The translations under genes and the position numbers were made by a program. This document shows, piece by piece, positions 20,147 through 29,159 of a stretch of 64,000 nucleotides of DNA (its first letter is position 1; each line of letters starts with the position of its first letter). Source of the DNA: an uncultured Candidatus Saccharibacteria bacterium. GTDB lineage: Bacteria > Patescibacteriota > Andersenbacteria > UBA10190. The notes beneath the pieces are model-generated. The model saw nothing but the letters and a program-made list of their open reading frames with translations, ran no database searches and was not told where the DNA came from. The stretch covers positions 431,912 through 495,911 of the forward strand of contig CAZSUC010000001.1 of the NCBI GenBank assembly GCA_964610055.1, written 5' to 3'.

Positions 20147-21123
20147 TTACCCTCATATTCACGCTCAATATGCTCAACCAAGTTCTCCCACAACAACTCA
20201 AGTAGCTCAGAGGTAGTCAACAAGACCTTACCAACGCCTACTGGCTTTAGTAAACTCACATCCATCAAGTTAATAACATATGAATCCTTTTCTTGACTCC
20301 ACTCAATTCCACCAAACGCATGCATTGCTTTGCGATCAAAACGCCGATCAGTCCACTGATAGAACGATATGTCATCATCACCAGTCATCCCACCAAGCCA
20401 GATAGCAAGATTGTAAATTTTCTTATTTCCACTTCTAACACGAACAATCCGCTCTCCATTACGATTAACTAACGAAACTTGAATACCTCTATCCTTAAGC
20501 AACTCCCCTCGCTTAACTAGCTCATCGACAAGAGAATCTACAACATAATCTGGGTCACTAGATGGATCATGTTCAATCGTTGGGATCCGCGGCAACCTAA
20601 TATTAACAGCGGGAGACACGGTCTGGGGTACTGACTCAACAACAACTTCACCACTAGGCGGCTGCACTTTCGCTGCTATACTTTGAGCTAACTCCTGAGG
20701 CGTAATTCTATTATTTCGCGCGTCGAGGTACTTAGTAGTTGGGTTTAACTGCTCTGGTAGCTCATCTCCTTGCAGCATAACTGGTAGAATGTAATCTCTC
20801 TTTCCACTTAAAACGCCCTGCGATAGCGCACTCTCTAACTCATGCGTTGTAAATGCCTTCTGTTGATAGATATCAGTAACAAAGATGACACAATAACTAG
20901 CACGACCTTTCCCAAAAATATTTTGTAGATACCCCGGCAAGCTATGGCCCCACATTTCCGTCTCTATATCTGGATCACGATCGTAAAATACAGAAACGCC
21001 TCTCTTCCGTAACTCACTATACACAGCTTCTACATATTCACGATCTTCACCTGCATAAGACAGCGCAACAGAATAAGTCGCTTTCTCTTCATTGGTACTG
21101 CTTTGTTCGTGCTTATTAACCAT
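20143..21123 (-). CDS. TIR-domain protein with ~170-aa C-terminal domain of unknown function
   Basis: N-terminal YSVALSYAGEDREYVEAVYSELRKRGVSVFYD and SYCVIFVTDIYQQKAFTTHELESAL match TIR motifs including the catalytic Glu position. Confidence 0.7.
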   Translation of the reverse strand: MVNKHEQSSTNEEKATYSVALSYAGEDREYVEAVYSELRKRGVSVFYDRDPDIETEMWGHSLPGYLQNIFGKGRASYCVIFVTDIYQQKAFTTHELESALSQGVLSGKRDYILPVMLQGDELPEQLNPTTKYLDARNNRITPQELAQSIAAKVQPPSGEVVVESVPQTVSPAVNIRLPRIPTIEHDPSSDPDYVVDSLVDELVKRGELLKDRGIQVSLVNRNGERIVRVRSGNKKIYNLAIWLGGMTGDDDISFYQWTDRRFDRKAMHAFGGIEWSQEKDSYVINLMDVSLLKPVGVGKVLLTTSELLELLWENLVEHIEREYEGN

Positions 21124-21167
21124 GACAACACATTATGCCACGACAGTATCAGAAAGTGAACACTACT

Positions 21168-22919
21168 TTAAGATGATGTATCGACCGTAATTCCATCTTC
21201 AACCCAAGGGAATTCAAATTCCACATCTATTCTTGCCTTCTTGGGATACTTCTTCAGAAAATTCTCATTTTCATCCACTAGATAGATGGTGCAGTAATCT
21301 GATCCATCGACACGTTTAAGCTTTCGACCATTCAGGACACCCTTCCGCTCCAACGCCTTTCTCGTCGATGGATGAACACTATAGTCATAATTCGTTTGCC
21401 ATTCAGTAAACCAGGTATCCTCGTTATCGCTGTGTAGTGAGGGGATAATGCCTTCCTTAATGTTACGCCAACAGTCAGCGCAGCGAAGTCCATCAAGATT
21501 CCACCATGCTTTACTGCCAGGCATATTCTCACCACAAATACCACAGGTATACATACCACCCTCACTATCTTCTAAAAAGAATCCATCCGGCTCTTTCTCA
21601 AGTCTGCGCTTGCGTGCGTTCTCGATACCTTCAAACTCACCAGACATTTTAGCTAATTGCACCCAGTTGTTGTTGGCATGCTTTCGCTTCATCTCTTCCG
21701 TTATTTTCGCAGCTGGCTTCTTTGGTTGTTCTTCTGTATATAGCTCCATTAAGTCCTCTTCTCGTTCATAGCCACGAATACGTCCAGATAAATATCCGAG
21801 GCGGTAAGAGATATGACCAGACAAGAGTCGCCAGTTTGTATCCTTGAGAGTTTCCTTGATAAGCTGTCGTAACTCATATTCACTGGCGCGGGTACTACGG
21901 TTAGGGTCAGCATCCTGAACACTGAATGGAAGAATGAAATTCATACCATCCTCTGGCTTTCCAAGCGAGAATTCCATGTACTGCGCTTTTTCGAGAGGCT
22001 TAATGAGCTTCTTCTTAAGATCGGCGACCTTAATTTTCTTAAGCTTTGACACTTCAGCATACGCCTGACCCTCATATTTCTCTCGCTCTTCCTTCAGAAC
22101 AACTGAAGCGACTTCAAGTGCTTCTCGTTGATCAAGGGCGGCTTTGCCCTGTTCTTCGGTAAGACAGAATAGGTGACGATATTTTTTAAGTAGTGCCTCA
22201 TCCTTTTTCTTCTCTTTTTCCTTTTCAGCTTCAAATTCTGAGAAGTCATCTATTTCAGTAGCTGAATATCCACATGCTTTACATGCACTTGTAGTAGTAA
22301 CAACATCACCCTTTCTTTTAGATGTTACGGTTATTTCTTTCCCACACTCGGGACATAGGTCTGGCTCTGGCTTCCACTCCTTACCATTCTCAAAGATTGC
22401 TTTTCGTTTTTTGCAATCGGGACAGGCAAAAAAGAACAGCATCTTCGATGGCTTATCATTAATCCCAGTTCGAAGACTCTTAAAGGTGGCGTGCATAAGA
22501 ACACCACACTGACATTGAATATCCTGAGGTGGTGGAGTGTTATCGTATTTATTTTGAAGCTTTTGATCTTTTTCTACCCACTCAGCTATTGTCTTTTCTT
22601 TCTCTTCATAGCGGCCGGTTAGAGTATAGAAGAGTTGATTGTAGAGCATTCGGTTAAGGTGGTTCTTTGTTTGGAGGGGCGTTTCTGTATTTCGAGAGTC
22701 TTTGACCATTTTTTGATACGTTTTCTGGTAGACATCTACTACATCCAGTGCTCGATGGATGGTTATGAGGTCGTAAAGATCAGTGTAGTGTTGCCCCGAC
22801 TTCAAATAGAGAGACTTTTGCATAGCCTCTAGAAGGCCCCTTTCCTTGAGAGCCTTAACCCCATCAGAAGCATGATTGCCAAAGAAATACCCGTAATGAT
22901 AAACGCCTCCTGAATCCAT
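21168..22919 (-). CDS. multi-zinc-ribbon coiled-coil protein of unknown function
   Basis: 583 aa; CxxC pairs QCQCG..CPDCK, CPECG..CKACG, CGICG..CADCW; Lys/Glu-rich coiled coil; alternative start MQKSL at 22823 lies 5 nt after upstream stop. Confidence 0.5.
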   Translation of the reverse strand: MDSGGVYHYGYFFGNHASDGVKALKERGLLEAMQKSLYLKSGQHYTDLYDLITIHRALDVVDVYQKTYQKMVKDSRNTETPLQTKNHLNRMLYNQLFYTLTGRYEEKEKTIAEWVEKDQKLQNKYDNTPPPQDIQCQCGVLMHATFKSLRTGINDKPSKMLFFFACPDCKKRKAIFENGKEWKPEPDLCPECGKEITVTSKRKGDVVTTTSACKACGYSATEIDDFSEFEAEKEKEKKKDEALLKKYRHLFCLTEEQGKAALDQREALEVASVVLKEEREKYEGQAYAEVSKLKKIKVADLKKKLIKPLEKAQYMEFSLGKPEDGMNFILPFSVQDADPNRSTRASEYELRQLIKETLKDTNWRLLSGHISYRLGYLSGRIRGYEREEDLMELYTEEQPKKPAAKITEEMKRKHANNNWVQLAKMSGEFEGIENARKRRLEKEPDGFFLEDSEGGMYTCGICGENMPGSKAWWNLDGLRCADCWRNIKEGIIPSLHSDNEDTWFTEWQTNYDYSVHPSTRKALERKGVLNGRKLKRVDGSDYCTIYLVDENENFLKKYPKKARIDVEFEFPWVEDGITVDTSS

Positions 22920-25384
22920 CGCGGCTTATAAACAAAAACAACTTCATGAGCTTCTCCTGGCACGTAAACTCCTCGAAATATACTATCCGTTCGATAAACA
23001 GGAACTTCATTCCCATCGACATACGCCTTCCATCCTGGGAAAAGCACGTCTCTCATTACAAGAAATCCGTCACCTTCATTCTTCACTTGTACAGCAACGG
23101 TATTGCGATTGTCCTGGACGCCTAGAACTTCACCAGTGGCTGCAAAGTCCATATTTTCTGAAACACTAGCTACTGCAAAGTTGATATCCTGAGAGTCAAT
23201 ATCTAGTAAGATATTTTTCTGTTCTTTACTACTATCTGCAGATGCCTGTACATGCCTAACAAAATGCACTCTAGGAAATGCTTCTTTGTTCTCATAAGTA
23301 CGAATAATCTTATCCCCCAATGGAATTTCTGAGACCTCCTCAAAATCTAGAAGATTATCTGCAAAACGATAAGGTGGGTATAAGCCTATTACATGCGTGA
23401 TAGGGAAACGATTTACCAACGAACGGTTATCTTGCCAAGCTGAACCACTGCCACGATCACCAAGAAATTCTAAATACTTACTCACGTCGTATAGTGGAAG
23501 TGGTCCCGTCCATTGCGCAGTGTTAATTCCAAATCCAGCCGGTGTATAAGGCGCTAATAGTTCATAGCCTTTTATTAGATCATTCGATACTACCAACTGG
23601 AAGGATATGTCAGTCGTGTTATCTCCTGCGATTACAGCTTCACAGTCATCAACGTTCCTACAGGAAAAAAGTTGCCCAGTAGGATTGTACTGATTGCTAT
23701 CAGGGTTTGTATGTATGTATAAACGAGAAGCTTGTTGCTTTTGAGATATATCTGAAGTGATCTCAAAATACATTGCCTGATCCTGAATGTTATCCAATTG
23801 CTCAAAAGAAAACGTACTCCATTCACCATCTCTAATATTTTGAGTAGATATTGAGCTCTTTCTTAGTAAATCACCTCTATCGTCAAATAGCTTCAAGGTA
23901 ATTTCTCCAACCACCGAGGACTCAGAAAGGCGAAGATTAATACCATCAATTTGATTAAAGGGGGAGGAAAAACTTTGCCGATATGCATACTGTGGGACAA
24001 TAGGATTCCAAATCATAATCCCGAAGTTGTTGTGTGGAGCAATTGCCGATAAACGCTCTTTGGAAAAAACTCGTACAAATGAATTTTGACTATTAAAAAA
24101 CTTTGCTACTTCTGGTTCTTGAGTAGCCTGCCAAGACACTTCATCGTGCCATCGCCAAGAAACATAAAAAACAGGAACAATGCTTCCTATAAGAATTATC
24201 ACTGCGAGAACAGTCTTCATTCTTCTGCTATGAGCAAGGTTCACAATCCAGTGAAATCCGATAGCAGAAAGCAAAATTAAACCAATATTAGAAAATAGAA
24301 AGAAACGCGCGGGCGAATTAAAATATCTCCACCCCATATCAACTAACCACACATATACAGCCGAATCTTTTCCGAGGGCTAACACGAAACCAAGATTTGT
24401 AATCACTACAGAAAAAAGCCAAAGGAATCGAAAACTTTTTCTACCAACTAAAAGACCAAACAAAGAGAGAAGTAGCGTTATTGGACCCAAGTAGCTTGAT
24501 AGTTCAGCTTCATTTTTAGGCCCCATATATTCGTCACCATGACCAAACGGATGTGGAATCACTAGCCCCTTTAACGCCTCAATAGGAAAACTAAAATCCA
24601 ATAACTCCTCATCCGTGCTAACACCTTGTGCCCGATCAGTAAAAGGAATGACTTCAACTATTGGCAACCAGTAGAAAGATGTTAATCCAATGACGATGAA
24701 TACACTTATCAGAATCAATAGCGCCCGCTTCCATTTCTTGTAATCAGTGACAAGAAGACACAAAACGAATATCGCTTGTAAAACGAAGATGATGACAGCC
24801 ATCTGAGGATGGCCAACTAATACACAAAGGGAACTACTCAAAATCCAATAAATTAATATACGGACTCCCCCTGTTTTCAAAAACATTTGTAGAAAAAGAA
24901 ATAAAAGTGGCACCCAGGTAAAAGGCAAAATGAGATTAATCATTTCATACTTACCTACAAAGGCTGCCCCTAGTGGCAGCAACAACGCTGCCATCCCGGA
25001 TGCCATAGTCTGAACTTTGTTAAATCTCAAAAAAGAAAAAACACCAATCGCTGCTAATAAGCTGTGAATAAGCATTGAAATATTAAGCGTCCAAACAGCT
25101 GGGAAAAACTGGCGTAAAGCCATATGCAGTGGATAAAAGAAACCTAATTGACCGGTCGCAAGTAATGGGTAGCCACCAGCTAACTCGGGTGACCACAAAG
25201 GCAACTCTCCGGACCTTTGAATGACACCATATAGGTTTTCTAACGCCGTCGTAGTGGTAACGAGGTCGTTATTAAACCACAATCCCCGAAAAACCCACTT
25301 TGTAATAAAGAAAAGGCAGATAATTAAGGCAATAACGCCAAAACTTCTAGTATCAAAATTTAACTGAAAGTTTATTTTCCTCAT
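22829..25384 (-). CDS. YfhO-like polytopic membrane protein (putative GT-C type glycosyltransferase)
   Basis: 851 aa; ~12 TM helices in first ~420 aa then large extracytoplasmic C-terminal domain, the YfhO family architecture. Confidence 0.4.
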   Translation of the reverse strand: MRKINFQLNFDTRSFGVIALIICLFFITKWVFRGLWFNNDLVTTTTALENLYGVIQRSGELPLWSPELAGGYPLLATGQLGFFYPLHMALRQFFPAVWTLNISMLIHSLLAAIGVFSFLRFNKVQTMASGMAALLLPLGAAFVGKYEMINLILPFTWVPLLFLFLQMFLKTGGVRILIYWILSSSLCVLVGHPQMAVIIFVLQAIFVLCLLVTDYKKWKRALLILISVFIVIGLTSFYWLPIVEVIPFTDRAQGVSTDEELLDFSFPIEALKGLVIPHPFGHGDEYMGPKNEAELSSYLGPITLLLSLFGLLVGRKSFRFLWLFSVVITNLGFVLALGKDSAVYVWLVDMGWRYFNSPARFFLFSNIGLILLSAIGFHWIVNLAHSRRMKTVLAVIILIGSIVPVFYVSWRWHDEVSWQATQEPEVAKFFNSQNSFVRVFSKERLSAIAPHNNFGIMIWNPIVPQYAYRQSFSSPFNQIDGINLRLSESSVVGEITLKLFDDRGDLLRKSSISTQNIRDGEWSTFSFEQLDNIQDQAMYFEITSDISQKQQASRLYIHTNPDSNQYNPTGQLFSCRNVDDCEAVIAGDNTTDISFQLVVSNDLIKGYELLAPYTPAGFGINTAQWTGPLPLYDVSKYLEFLGDRGSGSAWQDNRSLVNRFPITHVIGLYPPYRFADNLLDFEEVSEIPLGDKIIRTYENKEAFPRVHFVRHVQASADSSKEQKNILLDIDSQDINFAVASVSENMDFAATGEVLGVQDNRNTVAVQVKNEGDGFLVMRDVLFPGWKAYVDGNEVPVYRTDSIFRGVYVPGEAHEVVFVYKPRWIQEAFIITGISLAIMLLMGLRLSRKGAF

Positions 25385-25530
25385 TTCCTGGTACGGATTT
25401 AGAGGCGAGGGCTATATAAACACAAAGCCCGCCGCCAGCTCGCAATCTTTCGATCGCGCATACCCCTTTCGGGGTATGACCGTACCAGGGCTGCTGAACG
25501 ACGGGTTCAGTATCCTGGTACGGGGTTTCA
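25385..25530 (-). promoter_or_regulatory. structured 5' leader RNA with alternative-pairing elements (candidate translational RNA switch)
   Basis: CCTGGTACGG at 25387-25396 and 25514-25523 and its complement at 25478-25487 (inside GACCGTACCAGG, 25478-25489); perfect hairpins CATACCCC-ttt-CGGGGTATG and CTGAAC-gacgg-GTTCAG; GC-rich vs surroundings; the copy at 25387 abuts the AGGAA-ATG of the downstream gene. Confidence 0.45.
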
Positions 25531-25624
25531 ATGCCATGCCTCGAAAATTGAGGTTTAGGCAAATATTCAGTTATGTATCCATTTTTGCTCTAAACAGGCT
25601 TTAAATCAACTTTTCTAAATACCA

Positions 25625-25652
25625 TTGACGATGAGAGCGTTAAGAGTAAAAT
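25625..25652 (+). promoter_or_regulatory. sigma70-like promoter (TTGACG-16-TAAAAT)
   Basis: TTGACG at 25625-25630, TAAAAT at 25647-25652. Confidence 0.45.
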
Positions 25653-25701
25653 TTACTTAGAAGCAACGCTCGTTTAAAGAATAATAAAAAAGGATACTTC
25701 A

Positions 25702-25758
25702 ATGTCTGCAAAAGACGTAGTTGTATTCCCCTACTCCGACGGAGGCGTGCTCCGATAA
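25702..25758 (+). CDS. 18-codon leader ORF (MSAKDVVVFPYSDGGVLR)
   Basis: ATG with AAGGA RBS 6 nt upstream, between promoter and a strong terminator hairpin. Confidence 0.3.
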   Translation: MSAKDVVVFPYSDGGVLR

Positions 25759-25806
25759 CAAATGTAGAGTAGAGCTGGCAGTTAGCCTCGCGGGCGTAAC
25801 AGCGTA

Positions 25807-25876
25807 GAACTGTTCAGTGAAATCGAAGGTGGTTATTTTAACCATTTATTTTCGATGTCACTGAACAGTTTTTTGT
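25807..25876 (+). terminator. long intrinsic terminator / attenuator hairpin
   Basis: GAACTGTTCAGTGAAATCGAA ... TTCGATGTCACTGAACAGTT (about 20-bp stem, 1 mismatch) followed by TTTTTT. Confidence 0.55.
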
Positions 25877-25947
25877 TGGAGATAAGAAAATAAATAACAC
25901 CTTTGCTATCATCGAGCGTGGCTTTATTTAATCCTTCAAATAAAGTC

Positions 25948-27291
25948 ATGAAAAAGACTCCATACAAAAACCAACAAAATATCGACGTCGAGTACGTCAA
26001 CACAAAGAATCTAAAATCAGCGTCATATAACCCTCGGCATTGGAACGACGACGCAAGGAAGCAGCTCAAAGAGAGTGTGCGGCGATTCGGTCTCGTTGAT
26101 CCGATAATCTGCAATAGTGCTCCTTCTCGGAAAAACACAGTCATTGGTGGGCATTTTCGCTTGGCTGTTGCTAAAGAGCTTGGCTTCAAAGAAGTCCCCG
26201 TCGTTTACGTTAATATCCCTACTCTTGAGCGGGAAAAGGAACTTAATCTTCGACTCAATAAGAATCAAGGTGAATGGGATTTTGACCTATTGGCTGAATT
26301 CGATGAGAAATTACTCGCCGATGTCGGATTTAATTCCGAGGAGCTCGATGAAGTATTTGCTGAAATTGAAACGCCAGAAGAATTCGACCTTGAGAAAGAA
26401 CTTCAAAAACTTGATATCAAAACTGTTGAACTCAAGAAAGGTGACATCGTGCAATTAGGTGACAGTCGGATGCTAGTTGGAGACTCGACTATTGAGGCCG
26501 ATTTCATAAAGCTCATGAATGGTGAACAGGCGGACATGTGTCTGACCGATCCCCCATATTTACTAGATTATTTAAACGCCAAGCGTCATGGCAAAGCAGT
26601 AACAGGATTTGGGGCAAAGCGTGATCGACGGTATCTCGAAACGGATGTTTTACCAGATAACTTCACTGAGCTATGGATGGGTAATATTGCCAAGGTACAA
26701 AAAACAAACTTCAGTATTATCGTCTACGAGAATTGGAAGAATCTGCGCGTTATTTGGGAAGAAATGGAAAAGCACTGGAAAGTTAAGAACATGCTGGTCT
26801 GGCATCTGCCGAATCGCCATCAAGGCTTCTCCGCTAAGCACAAATTCTTCAGCAAGCATGACATCGCAATGGTAGGTGCAAGCAAGAATTCCGATGTCAC
26901 TTACAACCATTCCGAAGAAGCAGATGGTCTTCAAGAAGAATATGAGACTGCTTTGTATGCCATAGCCGGAAAACCACACTGGGAGGGATACAAGAAGGGC
27001 AAGAAAGTGATGCCAACTGACTTCATTGAATTCAATGCTTCTGATGAGAAGCATTCTGGGCAGGGCGTTGTGTTCGGTACCAAGCCCATCGAAATCCTCA
27101 TTCCCTACATCAAGGTACTCACGAAACGTGGCGACTTAATCGTGGAGCCATTCGGAGGATCAGGAAGTACATTGATCGCTGCCACGAAAATGAAGCGACG
27201 CTGCTACATCATGGAAAAATCTCCTGTATACGCGGAAGTGATTCGTAAGCGCTGGGAGAAGCTAACTGGGGAGAAAGGAGTGGTTGTATGA
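25948..27291 (+). CDS. ParB-like nuclease domain / DNA methyltransferase fusion (beta-class N6A or N4C)
   Basis: N-terminal ParB motif GGHFRLAVAKELGFKEVPVVYV; DPPY motif IV (CLTDPPYLL) preceding motif I (VEPFGGSGSTLIAA); ORF track begins at TTG 25903, ATG at 25948 more likely. Confidence 0.8.
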   Translation: MKKTPYKNQQNIDVEYVNTKNLKSASYNPRHWNDDARKQLKESVRRFGLVDPIICNSAPSRKNTVIGGHFRLAVAKELGFKEVPVVYVNIPTLEREKELNLRLNKNQGEWDFDLLAEFDEKLLADVGFNSEELDEVFAEIETPEEFDLEKELQKLDIKTVELKKGDIVQLGDSRMLVGDSTIEADFIKLMNGEQADMCLTDPPYLLDYLNAKRHGKAVTGFGAKRDRRYLETDVLPDNFTELWMGNIAKVQKTNFSIIVYENWKNLRVIWEEMEKHWKVKNMLVWHLPNRHQGFSAKHKFFSKHDIAMVGASKNSDVTYNHSEEADGLQEEYETALYAIAGKPHWEGYKKGKKVMPTDFIEFNASDEKHSGQGVVFGTKPIEILIPYIKVLTKRGDLIVEPFGGSGSTLIAATKMKRRCYIMEKSPVYAEVIRKRWEKLTGEKGVVV

Positions 27292-27722
27292 GCAAGGCAC
27301 TAGCCATAAAGCAGAGTAAGAAAAAAGAAGCATTACTTGAACAGCTCAGGAAAGTACCGATTGTGCAACTTGCCTGCGATCGCACTGACGTAAGTCGAGC
27401 AACGTTCTATCGCTGGAAGAAAAGTGATAAGGATTTTGCCGAAGCCGTTGATGAAGCTCTGCTATCAGGATCTTCGCTTATCAACGACATGGCGGAATCA
27501 AAGCTCATTGCCGCTATCAAAGAGGGCAACATGACTGGGATTATCTATTGGCTGAAACATCATCATCCGGCATATACCACCCGAGTAGAGCTGTCTGTGG
27601 GACCGAAGCAAAACGATGAGCTTACCGCTGAACAGCAGCAAGTAGTTCAAGAAGCGCTAGCAAAAGCAGCCCTTATTGAACAAGGGGAAATTAATTCACT
27701 AAATGAAACCTATGAAAAATAA
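27288..27722 (+). CDS. putative terminase small subunit (HTH)
   Basis: 144 aa; HTH RATFYRWKK; start overlaps methyltransferase stop (ATGA) and its end overlaps the large terminase start. Confidence 0.5.
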   Translation: MSKALAIKQSKKKEALLEQLRKVPIVQLACDRTDVSRATFYRWKKSDKDFAEAVDEALLSGSSLINDMAESKLIAAIKEGNMTGIIYWLKHHHPAYTTRVELSVGPKQNDELTAEQQQVVQEALAKAALIEQGEINSLNETYEK

Positions 27723-29151
27723 TATTCTATCGCCTGAAGTATTAGGTCACTTAATGCGTGACCGCATGGCACGACAAGCAGTAGCCTCTCATAACCATCT
27801 TCTGTTCTTCCATATCTACTTATCCCGATACGTAAAGTACGACACTGCAGAATTTCAACGTAAGCTATTCAAGCTCACCGAGGACTCGAGTATCCGACAT
27901 GCAGCTATCGTTGCATTTCGAGGGTCTGCCAAGACAACCATCATGACGCTTTCATACCCCCTTTGGGCTATCCTCGGTGTTCAGCAGCGTAAATTCGTCA
28001 TGCTTTTAAGCCAGACGCAGGGACAGGCTCAACAAATGCTTGTGAATCTGAAGCGTGAGATTGAGAATAATGAAATATTGCGGAATGACTTCGGTGCTCT
28101 TGAGCACGCAACCGATGAGTGGGGTCGAGAATCACTCGTTATCAAAAAATACGGTGCCAAGATTATGGCGGCTTCGAGCGAAACGAGTGTACGAGGCGTA
28201 CGGTTCGGAGAACACCGACCGGATCTCATCATCTGCGATGACGTTGAAGATTTGCAGTCAACCGCTACCCGAGAGGGACGCAATAAGACATATAACTGGC
28301 TCATGGGAGATATCATCCCAGCTGGAGACCGCAACACCCGAGTTGTTGTTATCGGAAATCTACTGCATGAAGACTCACTCCTCATGCGATTAAAAGAAGA
28401 TATGGATCGTGACCGACTTGATGGAGCCTTTCTGCAATTCCCTCTTTTGGATGAGAATGATAAGCCGCTCTGGCCAGGCAAGTTCCCTGACCAAGAAAGC
28501 ATTGATCGTCTACGTAAGACTGTACCAAGCCTACCAGCCTGGCATCGTGAATACATGCTTAACATTGTTCCAAATCAAGACCAGATTGTGCTTCAAGAGT
28601 GGATTAAATATTACGATAACCTTCCGCCAGAGGAGCGCTACAAAACTGTCGTGGCCGTTGATCTCGCAATCGGACTTGAGAAAAACAATGATTACACAGC
28701 AATCCTAAGTGCTCGCATTTATGGGTATGAAGATAAGATGCAGATATTTATTCTGCCAAATATCATCAACAAACGAATGAGCTTCCCAGACCAGCGCCTT
28801 ACGCTACAATCTGTTGCAGATAGCTTGGGGCATCCCAAGATATACATTGAAGATGTCGCCTATCAAAAATCGTTAATCCAGCAATTGAAAGCCGACGGGT
28901 ACAGTGTTGATGGCGCAAAGGTATTCGGACAAGACAAGTTCTCACGTCTCGAAACCGTAACTCATCTTTTGCAAAACGGTCAGGTGTTCTTCCCTCGAGA
29001 ACGTTCCAAGGAGCTTGTTAATCAGCTAACGGGCTTTGGAATTGAGAAACACGATGACCTAGCAGATGCCTTTTCAATTCTTCTGCAAAAAGCGATCGAG
29101 AATAACCGACGGCGAGGGCGAGTATGGGCACATAAGCCAAAGGGATTCTGA
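27703..29151 (+). CDS. phage terminase large subunit
   Basis: 482 aa; ATPase Walker A-like AFRGSAKTT, Walker B LIICDDVED; C-terminal RNaseH-like nuclease (VAVDLAIG...DYTAI). Confidence 0.8.
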   Translation: MKPMKNNILSPEVLGHLMRDRMARQAVASHNHLLFFHIYLSRYVKYDTAEFQRKLFKLTEDSSIRHAAIVAFRGSAKTTIMTLSYPLWAILGVQQRKFVMLLSQTQGQAQQMLVNLKREIENNEILRNDFGALEHATDEWGRESLVIKKYGAKIMAASSETSVRGVRFGEHRPDLIICDDVEDLQSTATREGRNKTYNWLMGDIIPAGDRNTRVVVIGNLLHEDSLLMRLKEDMDRDRLDGAFLQFPLLDENDKPLWPGKFPDQESIDRLRKTVPSLPAWHREYMLNIVPNQDQIVLQEWIKYYDNLPPEERYKTVVAVDLAIGLEKNNDYTAILSARIYGYEDKMQIFILPNIINKRMSFPDQRLTLQSVADSLGHPKIYIEDVAYQKSLIQQLKADGYSVDGAKVFGQDKFSRLETVTHLLQNGQVFFPRERSKELVNQLTGFGIEKHDDLADAFSILLQKAIENNRRRGRVWAHKPKGF

Positions 29152-29159
29152 TGTGCCAA

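Noticed and set aside
25353-25562. 69-aa minus-strand ORF
   Set aside because: Lies entirely in the GC-rich structured leader upstream of the YfhO-like gene; overlaps that gene's start
25833-26268. 118-aa and 81-aa minus-strand ORFs
   Set aside because: Antisense to the terminator hairpin and the ParB-methyltransferase 5' region; no RBS
28029-28565. 178-aa minus-strand ORF inside the large terminase gene
   Set aside because: Antisense to a well-supported gene; Ser/Arg-rich low-complexity translation
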